From positions 1 through 64,000 of the forward strand of contig JBEKTZ010000010.1 in NCBI GenBank assembly GCA_049515535.1: DNA of 64,000 nt, in the 5' to 3' direction. Made by a program: the position numbers and the translations under genes. Source of the stretch: Candidatus Aminicenantales bacterium. GTDB taxonomy: Bacteria > Acidobacteriota > Aminicenantia > Aminicenantales > UBA4085. The notes beneath the pieces were generated by a model, which was not told the origin of the DNA, made no database searches, and saw nothing but the letters and a program-made list of their open reading frames with translations. Shown piece after piece: positions 18,701-27,365 of this stretch; position 1 is the stretch's first letter; every line of letters starts with the position of its first letter.

Positions 18701-19035
18701 TCCCGGCCGATGTCGTTCCGGGTCTTTCCTTCGAGCTCGAAGAGCCGCTTCTCGATGACCGCCTGCGTCCCGATTCCCGCGTGATCCGTGCCCGGCATCC
18801 AGAGGGTGTTGTCGCCCATCATCCGGTGCCACCGGGTGAGCAAGTCCTGCATGACGTTGTCCATGGCATGGCCCATGTGCAGGGCGCCGGTGACGTTGGG
18901 CAGCGGCATCATGATGACGTAGCGGTTCGTCCGGCCGTCGGGGAGGGCCGCGAAAGCGTCGGCCTCGAGCCAGCGGGCGCAGATTTCGGCCTCGGTTTTC
19001 CGGGGTTCGTAGAGCTTCGGGATCTCTTCCGGCAT
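15736..19035 (-). CDS. valS: Valine--tRNA ligase
   Basis: PNVTGALHMGH, DWCISRQLWWGH, DTWFSS, RMSKSKGN, C-terminal coiled coil. Confidence 0.97.
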   Translation of the reverse strand: MPEEIPKLYEPRKTEAEICARWLEADAFAALPDGRTNRYVIMMPLPNVTGALHMGHAMDNVMQDLLTRWHRMMGDNTLWMPGTDHAGIGTQAVIEKRLFELEGKTRNDIGRDGLVAKIQAWKDEYRERIIRQQQSMGCSCDWQRQRFTMDAICARAVREAFFRLFRDGLIFRGNRMVNWDCQLQTAVSDDEIVYEKIQGHFWHIKYPIVDPKPGEPEFLIVATTRPETMLGDTAVACHPDPAGELDKQARDLRERTGSASKKERAEMETTLERVEERKATQLAHLLKLKAMAEQGRKARLPLLDRAIPIILDAWADPSLGSGCVKITPGHDPNDYEVWGRHKDKIGIVNILNPDGTLNANAGPYAGLDRFEARKRVVADLKARGLIADIEDREIEIGHSDRSKTPIEPYISKQWFVRMGDIEGGIVCGAGTNKEFHASGLAQVAIDAAGGRFESPTGRRLTFHPDHERYGGTYSNWLAEKRDWCISRQLWWGHRIPIWQAGFTGADLAAAVASVPKAPDAELCLWIADGDGRLYRTDQMRALDPRSRYDILVSLRDAAAEDEYAARLDAAGFKQDPDVLDTWFSSALWPFSTLGWPDPATAKLDPGQRPLGVADGREDCLSYYYPGSCLVTARDIITLWVARMQLMGLYLLGDVPFTDCFIHANIQDGKGERMSKSKGNGIDPQDIIDKYGADAMRYVICDMQTGTQDIRLPVQAVSPFTGEVVDLATAKHGRSVFTYLCPKTGKEFDVLGTMPDIPMAKIISDRFEVGRAFCTKLWNAARFALLNLGEHAFIPVAPAKAAAEDAWILSRLPGSAQVAAEDAWILSRLSKVIARVTEELRAYNPSAAIGAAREFFWSELCDWYLEIIKPRLKNETSAPAARSVLAFALDQVLRLFHPFVPFITEALWERLNAQCPARGIERPIPPSELLISAAWPVPRPEWEDEDIEAEFAAVQNVIRGIREIRAIHNIPPGKKVDGLIKTDGRSADILRRMRDLVAHLGVLQSLEIGAAVVRPATAVGQVIGDMEVYLAGVVDPVKERERMEGKRKKLLEDIHRAEAKLGNEGFVSRAPAEVVDKEKQKLRDLKAQIDLIEANLRTLS

Positions 19036-19212
19036 AAGCTAAATCCTTTAAAAAGTTCCTATTACTTTTACCATATCGGGGGGCGCCAGGCAAACGGGAC
19101 GTCAGCAGCCATCGGCAATTTCGGGTCCGAGGGGACTTTTCAGACTCTTATTTCTCTGAGATCGATCTTCGTCAAATCGTCCGTACCGAGCCCTTTTTTC
19201 GCGCATCGGCAC

Positions 19213-19280
19213 GTCAAGGGACGAGCCTTCACGGCGGAAGTGGACCCCCGGGCAAAGCCCGGGGCCCCGGCCGCCGTCGA
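19213..19280 (+). repeat. Modular palindromic repeat, copy B (short, intergenic)
   Basis: GTCAAGGGACGAGCCTTCACGGCGGAAGTGGACCCCCGGGCAAAGCCCGGGGCCCC...GCCGTCGA. Confidence 0.85.
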
Positions 19281-19289
19281 CGGACTCGG

Positions 19290-20192
19290 TCAATGCCTCA
19301 TGAAGCGCAGCGGCTTGCCCGGCTCGACGTCGATCGGCTTCTCGGTCGACGGGTTACGCTGGGCCTTCCATTCCCAGACGATGTCCTTTCCTCCGGACTG
19401 GAACTTGATCATTCCGCTTATGGAATATCCCCCGGCTTTGCCTTCGAAGACCAGAGGGACGATTTTCCCTTCGACCGGCCGCTCCATGGTGAATCGGATC
19501 TGGTCGCCTTTGAGCGTCAGGTCTTTGATCTCGGCCGCCGTGCCGCCGATTTTCGCGCTGCCGGCCGGGACCTGGAAAACCTGGGTGAGCGCCATCTCGC
19601 ATTTGACGGCAGGCTTATCCATGGTCCACGTCCACGTCCCGCTGACGTTGGCTGGAATGATCCACAAATAGACATCATGGGAAATGTCGTCGACCATGAC
19701 CTCCGACGTCTCGTCCGCTTTCCATTCGCCCATGCCGAAATTGTGCGAGACGATGCGCGTCCCGGGCCGCAGATCCCGGAGCAGCTTCGGCCGGAGTTTG
19801 AGGTTGACGCTCGTCAGCAGATAGAGGGTCATGACCGTGGCTTCGTGAAAATCGGCCTGAAAGAGATCCTGTTCATAGAATTTGACGAGGTTCGTGACGC
19901 CGGCTTTGACGGCATTGTCCTGGCTTTCCTGGATGCGCTCGGGATCGATATCGAAGCCGACGCCGCGGGCGCCGTATTTTTGCGCGGCGCCGATGACGAG
20001 GCGGCCGTCGCCGCAGCCGAGATCATAAACGAAATCCGTTTTCTGGATATTGGCCATTTTCAGCATTTCATCGACGACGGGAAACTTGGTCGGAACGAAA
20101 GGGACGTCCAGCTGTTTTTGCTGAGCGGCCTCGCCGGCCGGACCCAGGATCAAGGCCAAAAGGACGAACGCCGGAATCATCGATTTGATCAT
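19290..20192 (-). CDS. Class I SAM-dependent methyltransferase with N-terminal signal peptide
   Basis: DVPFVPT, YDLGCGDGR, RIVSHNF; hydrophobic leader ending in AxA-like residues. Confidence 0.85.
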   Translation of the reverse strand: MIKSMIPAFVLLALILGPAGEAAQQKQLDVPFVPTKFPVVDEMLKMANIQKTDFVYDLGCGDGRLVIGAAQKYGARGVGFDIDPERIQESQDNAVKAGVTNLVKFYEQDLFQADFHEATVMTLYLLTSVNLKLRPKLLRDLRPGTRIVSHNFGMGEWKADETSEVMVDDISHDVYLWIIPANVSGTWTWTMDKPAVKCEMALTQVFQVPAGSAKIGGTAAEIKDLTLKGDQIRFTMERPVEGKIVPLVFEGKAGGYSISGMIKFQSGGKDIVWEWKAQRNPSTEKPIDVEPGKPLRFMRH

Positions 20193-20323
20193 GATCTTAC
20201 CCTCTCTCAATGAAATTCGCTCATCCTAATATTTATTGCCAATCGGCGAAGATGTCAAGCCTCTCGAAAAGCGGCGCCGCCTTTATGGAAGGAACGGAAT
20301 CCGGTAGAATAGACGGCGCCCAA

Positions 20324-21058
20324 ATGAGCGCCCATGCTTCTCTCCTGCCGATCCTTCTGATCGTGTTTCTGGCGACTCTCGTCCGGTCGACATTCGGCTT
20401 TGGCGACGCGCTCATCGGCATGCCGCTTCTCGCCCTCGTCACCTCGCTCCGCGTCGCCATTCCGCTCATGGCCTTCGTCGGACCGACGATCGCGATCGGT
20501 CTGCTGGCCAGGGAATGGCGGCGCATCGATTGGAAAAGCGCCGTGGGATTGATCATCTCCACGCTGGCCGGCATCCCGTTCGGCATCTTCTTGCTCAAGC
20601 GCGTCGACGAGAACATCGTGAATCTGGCCCTGGCCGCCGTCATCATCGCCTTTTCGCTTTATAGTCTAATCAAGCCGGGGCTTCTCAGATTGACGAGCGA
20701 CCGGCCGGCCGTACTTTTCGGGTTCCTGGCGGGGATTCTGGGCGCGGCGTACAACACCAACGGACCGCCCGTCATTCTCTACGGAGCCCTGCGCGGCTGG
20801 AAACCGGAATCGTTCCGCGCCACGCTGCAGGGCTATTTCCTGCCGACGGGCGGCGCCATTCTCATCGGGCAGGGGCTGGCAGGAATGTGGACCAGGACCG
20901 TCGTGACGACTTATCTCTATGCTCTGCCCCTCATCGCCCTCGGGGTCGTCGCGGGATTGGCCTTGGGAAGGAAGATCCCCGCGAACAGGTTCAACCGCTT
21001 CATCTACGGGATGCTGCTCGTCCTCGGAATCGTCCTGTTGATCAAATCCATTTCCTGA
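20324..21058 (+). CDS. TauE/SafE family sulfite exporter
   Basis: TFGFGDAL and AYNTNGPP motifs, about 8 TM helices. Confidence 0.85.
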   Translation: MSAHASLLPILLIVFLATLVRSTFGFGDALIGMPLLALVTSLRVAIPLMAFVGPTIAIGLLAREWRRIDWKSAVGLIISTLAGIPFGIFLLKRVDENIVNLALAAVIIAFSLYSLIKPGLLRLTSDRPAVLFGFLAGILGAAYNTNGPPVILYGALRGWKPESFRATLQGYFLPTGGAILIGQGLAGMWTRTVVTTYLYALPLIALGVVAGLALGRKIPANRFNRFIYGMLLVLGIVLLIKSIS

Positions 21059-21154
21059 AAAAGAAAAGCGGCCCCGGACGGAGGGAGATCATTCGGTCCA
21101 GTAACCCTCGAGTCCGGTCTTGACGCGGACGGACTTCTTGATAAAATGAATCCC

Positions 21155-21676
21155 ATGAACGCAGTCAAGGGACGAGCCTTCGCGGCGGAAGTGGACCCCC
21201 GGGCAAAGCCCGGGGCGCTTACCCGCGATGTAAATACGCGGCTGAGTGCGGCGGAAGCGGATCCCCAGACAAAGCCTGGGGCCCCTACCGCCGCCCCGTC
21301 CGCCGGCGATGAACGGCGGGCGGAAACGCTGAAAGCCATTTTCTTCTGGGGCGCGCTCTGGGGAATCTGGGAAGCGACCGCCGGGCATGCCGCGCATTTC
21401 ATCCGCGTTCCTGGCCTTCCCGGTTTCATCATGTTTCCCGCCGCGTTCTTTTTCATGAGCCGGGCGTTCCTCCAGAGCGGCAAACTGACGTCCATCTTCG
21501 TGGCGGCCTGTATCGCGGCGAGCATCAAGCTTTTGGATTTTTTTATCCCAGCGCAGAATATCCAGGCCGTCGTCAATCCGGCCCAGGCCATCCTGCTCGA
21601 ATCCCTGGCCGTGACCGGATTTTACGCCTGTCTCGGCCGCCTTGCGGAAACGCGCCCGCAGAAGATCAAAAGATGA
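21155..21676 (+). CDS. Membrane protein with repeat-derived N-terminal 46-aa segment
   Basis: WGALWGIWEAT TM domain; TTGACG-16-TAAAAT promoter 7 nt before ATG 21155; stop overlaps the dmsA start. Confidence 0.7.
   Translation: MNAVKGRAFAAEVDPRAKPGALTRDVNTRLSAAEADPQTKPGAPTAAPSAGDERRAETLKAIFFWGALWGIWEATAGHAAHFIRVPGLPGFIMFPAAFFFMSRAFLQSGKLTSIFVAACIAASIKLLDFFIPAQNIQAVVNPAQAILLESLAVTGFYACLGRLAETRPQKIKR
21164..21305 (+). repeat. Modular palindromic repeat, copy C (in frame within CDS)
   Basis: Three hairpins; about 92% identical to copy D. Confidence 0.9.
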
Positions 21677-24090
21677 GCAAGCGAGGCCTCATCAAGAAAA
21701 AGATCGAATCCACGCCCATGAAACGGCGCAGCTTCCTCGGTTGGAGCTCGTTTTTCGGCGGCTCGGCCCTGGCCACCAAGCTGACGAAAAAATTCAAGCT
21801 CGCGGCGCCTCCGAAATCGGCGCCCGCGATCCAGGGCGCCTCTTCCGAACTCAAAATGATCCGGACCGGATGCCCTTCGCATAACTGCGGCGGGCGGTGC
21901 CTGCTCAAGGTCTATGTCATGGACGGTCGCATCGTCCGGATCGAAGGCGACGACCGGCCCACCGACGCGATCGAAGATCCCCAGCTCCGGCCGTGCGTCC
22001 GCGGCCGCTCCTACCGCCGGCGCCAATATCATCCCGACCGTCTTCAATTCCCGATGAAACGAACGGGCCGGCGCGGCGAGGGCAAATTCGTCCGCATCTC
22101 CTGGAACGAAGCGCTGGATAAGGTCGCCTCGGAAATGGAGAGGATCAAGAAAGCCTACGGCAACGCGGCCATCTATGTCCCCTACGGCACGGGAAGCTAC
22201 AACCAGATCAACGGCCGCCAGACCGCGCAAAGATTATTGAATCTTTTCGGCGGCTCTCTCGGTTTTTACAACAGCTATTCCTGGGCCGCGATTTCCTGCG
22301 CGACGCCCTTCGTCTACGGCACGAACGTGACGGGCAACCAGCGCCAGGACTGGCTGAATTCCAAATATATCCTGATGTGGAGCTGGAATCCGTGCGAGAT
22401 GCGCGACGGGACGAACTCCGAATACATCCTGAAAAAAGCGAGGGAGAAAGGGGCGAAGCTCGTCTGCGTCGACCCTCGCATGACGCTCAGCGCCGTGGCC
22501 CTCGCGGACGAATGGGTCCCCATCCGGCCGGGGACGGACGCGGCCATGATGTCGGCCATGGCCCACGTCATGATCAGCGAAAAGCTCTATGACACCGGCT
22601 TCGTCAAGACGCACTGCGTCGGTTTCGACGAAACGCAGATGCCCCCCGGAGCCGAAGGCGCGGAAAGCTACAAAGATTACATTTTAGGGACCCGCGACGG
22701 CATCCCCAAAACGCCCGAATGGGCGGAAGCCATTTGCGGCGTCCCGAAAAGCACGATTGCCCGAATCGCCCGCGAATACGCCACGTCGAAGCCGGCCGTC
22801 CTCTATCAAGGTTACGGTATGCAGCGCCGCGCCTACGGCGAGCAGGTCGTCCGCGCCGGCTGCGTCCTGGCCGCCATCACCGGCAACGTTGGCGTCCCCG
22901 GAGGATGGGCGGGCGGCATCGCCCTCCAGGCTCCCGCCGGCGGCGCGGCCTGGATCGTCTTCCCGACCGGCGAGAATCCAGTCAAGGCCCAAATTCCCTC
23001 TTTCCTGTGGTCGGAGGCGGTTGTCCGCGGCAAGGACATGGGGCCGGCCGACGGCGTGGTCGGCGCGCCGAAGCTCGGCACGAACATCAAGATGATCTAC
23101 GCCGTGGCCTGCAACGCGCTCATCAACCAGCACGCCAATATCAACCGGACGGCCCGCATCCTCCAGGACGAAAGCCTCGTGGAATCGCTGATCGTCCAGG
23201 ACAATTTTTTGACGCCGACCGGCCGCTTCGCCGATATTCTTCTTCCCGCCTGCACCCAGTTCGAGACCTGGGGAATCACCGACGGCTGGAAGTACGGCGA
23301 CGAAGTCATCCTCATGCCGAAGATCGTGGAGCCTCCGTTCGAGACGAAGAGCGACTACCAAATTTGCGCGGAGATCGCCCGGCGGCTGGGGTTATTCGAG
23401 GCTTACACCGAGGGCCGGAGCGAGCGCGATTGGGTCGCCTGGGCCGTGGAATATTTTCGCAAAACGCGGTTCCCGGACATCCCGGCGCTCAACGAGTTCG
23501 AGACATCGAACATCGGCGTGTACTCCGTCCCCGTGACCAAGCCGGCCGTGGCCTTCACCGATTTTCGCGAGGATCCCGAAAAGAACCCCCTCCCCACTCC
23601 GTCCGGAAAGATCGAGATTTTTTCCCAACGCCTCCATGACCTCCATAAACCCGACGCCATTCCGGCCGTGCCGAAATACATCAGGGAATGGGAAAGCCCG
23701 TTCGGTCCGGAAGCGAAGACATATCCGCTCCAGGTCATCGGCCATCATTACCTCGCCACCGTCCACTCGACGCTCGACAACGTCGACTGGCTCCGCGAAG
23801 CGTGGCCGCAGCGCCTCTTCATCAATCCGATCGACGCCGCGGCGCGCGGCATCGTCAACGGCAATCGGGTCAAGATCTTCAACGACCGGGGCGCGACGAT
23901 GGTCCGTTGCCGGGTGACGAAGCGGATCATGCCGGGCGTCGTCGCCCTTCCGCAGGGCGCCTGGTGGGACCCCGACGAAAAAGGCGTGGACCGGAGAGGC
24001 TCGGTCAACGTCCTGACGTCCGAGCGCTGGACGCCTCTCGCTTTCGGCAACGCCCAGCATACGATCATGGCCCAAGTAGAGAAAGCCTGA
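21673..24090 (+). CDS. dmsA: Anaerobic DMSO/selenate reductase family molybdopterin subunit A
   Basis: Tat motif KRRSFL, CPSHNCGGRC Fe-S motif, SYSW (Ser ligand), TPSGKIEI, molydopterin-binding C-terminus. Confidence 0.9.
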   Translation: MSKRGLIKKKIESTPMKRRSFLGWSSFFGGSALATKLTKKFKLAAPPKSAPAIQGASSELKMIRTGCPSHNCGGRCLLKVYVMDGRIVRIEGDDRPTDAIEDPQLRPCVRGRSYRRRQYHPDRLQFPMKRTGRRGEGKFVRISWNEALDKVASEMERIKKAYGNAAIYVPYGTGSYNQINGRQTAQRLLNLFGGSLGFYNSYSWAAISCATPFVYGTNVTGNQRQDWLNSKYILMWSWNPCEMRDGTNSEYILKKAREKGAKLVCVDPRMTLSAVALADEWVPIRPGTDAAMMSAMAHVMISEKLYDTGFVKTHCVGFDETQMPPGAEGAESYKDYILGTRDGIPKTPEWAEAICGVPKSTIARIAREYATSKPAVLYQGYGMQRRAYGEQVVRAGCVLAAITGNVGVPGGWAGGIALQAPAGGAAWIVFPTGENPVKAQIPSFLWSEAVVRGKDMGPADGVVGAPKLGTNIKMIYAVACNALINQHANINRTARILQDESLVESLIVQDNFLTPTGRFADILLPACTQFETWGITDGWKYGDEVILMPKIVEPPFETKSDYQICAEIARRLGLFEAYTEGRSERDWVAWAVEYFRKTRFPDIPALNEFETSNIGVYSVPVTKPAVAFTDFREDPEKNPLPTPSGKIEIFSQRLHDLHKPDAIPAVPKYIREWESPFGPEAKTYPLQVIGHHYLATVHSTLDNVDWLREAWPQRLFINPIDAAARGIVNGNRVKIFNDRGATMVRCRVTKRIMPGVVALPQGAWWDPDEKGVDRRGSVNVLTSERWTPLAFGNAQHTIMAQVEKA

Positions 24091-24719
24091 TGCCGAACCC
24101 TTATATCCATCAGTACGCGTTTTTCTTCGACGCGAGCGCCTGCTCCGGCTGCAAGGCCTGTCAGGGCGCCTGCAAGGACAAACACGATCTCCCGGTCGGC
24201 GTCCTCTGGCGGCGCGTCTACGAAGTGGCCGGCGGCGGCTGGAAAAAGGCGGGCGGAGTCTGGGTTCCCGATGTCTTCTCCTACAATCTGTCCATGGCCT
24301 GCCATCATTGCGCGAACCCGATCTGCGGCGACGCTTGTCCGACCAAGGCCATATTCAAGCGCGACGATGGGATCGTCATCCTCGATACGCAGGCTTGCAT
24401 CGGATGCCGCTACTGCGAGTGGGCCTGCCCCTATGGCGCGACGCAGTTCGACGCGGCCAAGCGGATCATGTCGAAATGCCACTTCTGCTACGACTATGTC
24501 GATGAGGGCAAGCCGCCGGCCTGCGTGGCCGCGTGTCCGATGCGGGCTCTCGATTTTGGCGAGCTCTCAGATCTGAAGCAAAAATACGGCGGGACGGCCG
24601 AGATCTTTCCCCTCCCGGACGCCAAGATCACCGAGCCGGCCCTCCTGATCAAGTTGCACAAGGACGCGCCGCGCGCCGGCAAGGACACCGCCGAAGTCGC
24701 GAACTGGGAAGAAATCTGA
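24090..24719 (+). CDS. dmsB: DMSO reductase iron-sulfur subunit B
   Basis: CSGCKACQGAC, CHHCANPIC, CIGCRYCEWACP, KCHFC...PACV; ATG overlaps the dmsA stop. Confidence 0.92.
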   Translation: MPNPYIHQYAFFFDASACSGCKACQGACKDKHDLPVGVLWRRVYEVAGGGWKKAGGVWVPDVFSYNLSMACHHCANPICGDACPTKAIFKRDDGIVILDTQACIGCRYCEWACPYGATQFDAAKRIMSKCHFCYDYVDEGKPPACVAACPMRALDFGELSDLKQKYGGTAEIFPLPDAKITEPALLIKLHKDAPRAGKDTAEVANWEEI

Positions 24720-24720
24720 A

Positions 24721-25590
24721 ATGTCCGGAACCGGGGGGAAAGAATGGCCGCTGATCTGTTTCACCCTCCTCTCCCAGACCGCGGTCGGGGCCTTTTGGAC
24801 ATGGGCGGCTTTTTTTCTCGTCATGGGAAACACCGGCGGAGGGGGAGAGTTCGGATTTTTAACCATCCCGGTCCTAACGGCCCTCGGGGCCGTGCTCGGC
24901 CTCGCCGCCGCGATCTCATTCTTCCATCTCGGAAAACTGTGGCGGGCCGTTTTTGTCCTGAATAACCTCCGGCGGTCTTGGTTGAGCCGCGAGATCCTCT
25001 TCGAGCTGGCTTTTCTCTTCATGATCGCGCTCTTGGCCTTTTTAGAATGGCACGGCGTCGGCCTTCCCTTCGTTATCGGCGGCCTCGTCGCACTCGCGGC
25101 CGTCATCGGCTTTTGCTTTCTTTTCAGCATGGCCAAGATCTATATGTTGACCACGGTGCCCGTCTGGCGCGGCCCACACACGATCGCGTCCTTTTTCCTC
25201 TCGGCCCTGCTCCTCGGGCCGCTGGCAGCCGCCGCCGGACAAGGCTCGCTCTACAAATATTCGGACAGGACGCATTCCTTTCAGGACATCGCGGCTTTCG
25301 TCTCCCTCTCGGCCGTCGTCCTCATCGTTCTGATGATTTTGTTCCTCACTCCCCGCGTCGGTTTTCTCGGCGCCCGAAAGACCACGCTTCTCGAATATCC
25401 CGCCGACCGGATGTATCCGTATCTCGCCTTCAGGATCCTGTTCCTTGGAGCGGCCACGCTCTTTCTTGTTGCGTTCCATAAAAAACAGGAAATCGGCCGG
25501 CTGATAAGCTTCGCCCTCGCCAGCGCGGTCGCGGCCGAGGTGTTGGGCCGCCGTCTTTTTTACGCGATCTACAGCCGGGTCGGGGTTTGA
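24721..25590 (+). CDS. dmsC: DMSO reductase membrane anchor subunit C
   Basis: EWPLICFTLLSQ, SFFHLG, SWLSRE, EVLGRRLFY motifs. Confidence 0.9.
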   Translation: MSGTGGKEWPLICFTLLSQTAVGAFWTWAAFFLVMGNTGGGGEFGFLTIPVLTALGAVLGLAAAISFFHLGKLWRAVFVLNNLRRSWLSREILFELAFLFMIALLAFLEWHGVGLPFVIGGLVALAAVIGFCFLFSMAKIYMLTTVPVWRGPHTIASFFLSALLLGPLAAAAGQGSLYKYSDRTHSFQDIAAFVSLSAVVLIVLMILFLTPRVGFLGARKTTLLEYPADRMYPYLAFRILFLGAATLFLVAFHKKQEIGRLISFALASAVAAEVLGRRLFYAIYSRVGV

Positions 25591-25593
25591 AAG

Positions 25594-26640
25594 ATGGCCA
25601 AAGTCGGAGCCGTGAACGTCATCAGCGATGTCAACGCCCGTTTTCCCGGCCTGACGGCGAAAATTAAAGGCTTCATCGAAAAAGCGGAGCGGGAGTTCTC
25701 CGGAAAGCCGGAGCCGCAGAAAAGCTTTCTCTGGGAACATACGACCCATGTCGCCTCGATCTGTCACGGGCTGGCGCGCGCCGAAGGACGGGATCCCGTG
25801 ATTCCGGCCGTCGCCGCCCTTTTCCACGATGCCGGGAAATTCGCCGGCGGCGGATATCACGAAGGCCATCGGACGGAAGAGGAAGAGGCGGCGAAGATCG
25901 CAGAGAGAATTCTGCGCGACTCCGGGATGACGGCCAAGGACAGGCAACGGGTCACGGCCGGGCTTCGCCGGCTCTATCATCCGGGCGCGCGGAAAAATTT
26001 CATCGCCGACGCCGTCCACGACGCCGATTTCCTCTCGAAATTCGGAGCCCTCGGCATCGCCAATTTTTTCATCAAGTCCACGCTCCGCGGCAAAACCCTC
26101 CGGGACGCGATCATGAATCAACTGAGCAAGGAGCTCACGTACGCGGTCTGCCTGCCTTTCAATATGCGAACCCTCGCCGGCCGACGCCTGGCCGGGAAAA
26201 AAGCCAAGGATACGATGACGTTTTTTCGTTCGCTGCTGGGAGAACTCAAGCAAGCGGGGATCGCCGACTTCACGATCAAGAAGCTTCAAATCAAGGGACG
26301 AGCCTTCGCGGCGGAACTTGATCCCCGGGCAAAGCCCGGGGCACTCACCCGCGAGGTAAATACGCGGCTTAGTGCGGCGGAAGCTGATCCCCAGACAAAA
26401 CCTGGGGCCCCAGCCGCCGCCCCGTCCGCCGTCGCGACGACCTCTCCTCCCCGTCGATCCGTCGGGATCCGGCTGGCCGTCCCCCGCTTTTGCGGAGTCT
26501 GCGGCGGCCGATGGAAGATCTCGATCAAAACGGAGCCGGGAATCAAATGCGAAAAGCTCGAGGCCGGCATCGTTTGCGCCCGTTGCGGCGCCGCTTCGAG
26601 CTTCTCCTTTTGTCTTCCGGAAATTCGGGGAATGCAATGA
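25594..26640 (+). CDS. HD-domain protein with C-terminal Cys-rich domain and in-frame repeat insertion
   Basis: EHT...LFHDAGK...HDADFL; C-terminal CGVC...CARC. Confidence 0.8.
   Translation: MAKVGAVNVISDVNARFPGLTAKIKGFIEKAEREFSGKPEPQKSFLWEHTTHVASICHGLARAEGRDPVIPAVAALFHDAGKFAGGGYHEGHRTEEEEAAKIAERILRDSGMTAKDRQRVTAGLRRLYHPGARKNFIADAVHDADFLSKFGALGIANFFIKSTLRGKTLRDAIMNQLSKELTYAVCLPFNMRTLAGRRLAGKKAKDTMTFFRSLLGELKQAGIADFTIKKLQIKGRAFAAELDPRAKPGALTREVNTRLSAAEADPQTKPGAPAAAPSAVATTSPPRRSVGIRLAVPRFCGVCGGRWKISIKTEPGIKCEKLEAGIVCARCGAASSFSFCLPEIRGMQ
26291..26431 (+). repeat. Modular palindromic repeat, copy D (in frame within HD protein)
   Basis: Matches copy C over 138 nt. Confidence 0.9.
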
Positions 26641-26724
26641 AGGATGGGGCTTGTGTCTCCCTTTTTCATTATTTATAATCGTGGTTCGCGCGGGAGCGAA
26701 TTCTCCCCTTAAAGGAGGTCCTTC

Positions 26725-27321
26725 ATGAATCTCGACGCCGACGAAAAAATCCTGGCCTTGTTCAAAGACTCCGACTCCCTGCTCCAGGGACATTTCAAAC
26801 TGACATCGGGCAAGCACTCGGAATGGTATTTCGAGAAGATCCGCCTCATTGAAAAACCCGCCGCCCTCGAAAAGATCGTCGACCGGCTCGTCGAAAAGAT
26901 CCGCGCGGAAAAGACGAATTTCGACTACGTGGTCTCACCGGCCTACGGGGCCATCGCTATCGGCTTCCTGGCCGCGCTCAAGCTCGGAAAAAAGTTCGCC
27001 TTCACCCAGCGCGTGGACGAAAAAATGTCGTTTCGCTCGGGATTCACGGACATCGACGGCTCCCGGGCGATCATCGTCGAGGATATCCTGACGACCGGCG
27101 GTTCGCTCAACGAAGTCGTGGACTGCTTGAAACGGCACAACGTGGGGGTGGCCGGGATCGCTGTGCTCGTGGACCGGACCGCGGGCGAAGTTCTCATCGA
27201 AGGCCGGCCGGTGAGCAGTCTCCTGGCCTTGAAGGTCGAGGCGTTCGACGCCGAGGCCTGTCCCCTCTGCAAAAAAGGCATTCCCCTGACGAAGCCGGGC
27301 GCCTCGGATAAAAAAGTCTGA
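26725..27321 (+). CDS. pyrE: Orotate phosphoribosyltransferase
   Basis: GHFKLTSGKHS, IIVEDILTTGGS PRPP loop, CPLC...KPG tail; RBS AGGAGG. Confidence 0.92.
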   Translation: MNLDADEKILALFKDSDSLLQGHFKLTSGKHSEWYFEKIRLIEKPAALEKIVDRLVEKIRAEKTNFDYVVSPAYGAIAIGFLAALKLGKKFAFTQRVDEKMSFRSGFTDIDGSRAIIVEDILTTGGSLNEVVDCLKRHNVGVAGIAVLVDRTAGEVLIEGRPVSSLLALKVEAFDAEACPLCKKGIPLTKPGASDKKV

Positions 27322-27365
27322 TCCGGCGCGCCGAGAGCCACTCTTCAGAAAGATCGGAGGACGAT

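Noticed and set aside
16666..19671. 1001-aa plus-strand ORF
   Set aside because: Antisense shadow of valS and the methyltransferase gene; no motifs; expected from GC-rich codon usage
21673..24090. Selenocysteine in the molybdoenzyme
   Set aside because: The ORF is uninterrupted and the predicted Mo ligand region has Ser
25042..26817. 591-aa minus-strand ORF
   Set aside because: Overlaps dmsC, the HD protein and pyrE, which carry clear motifs on the plus strand
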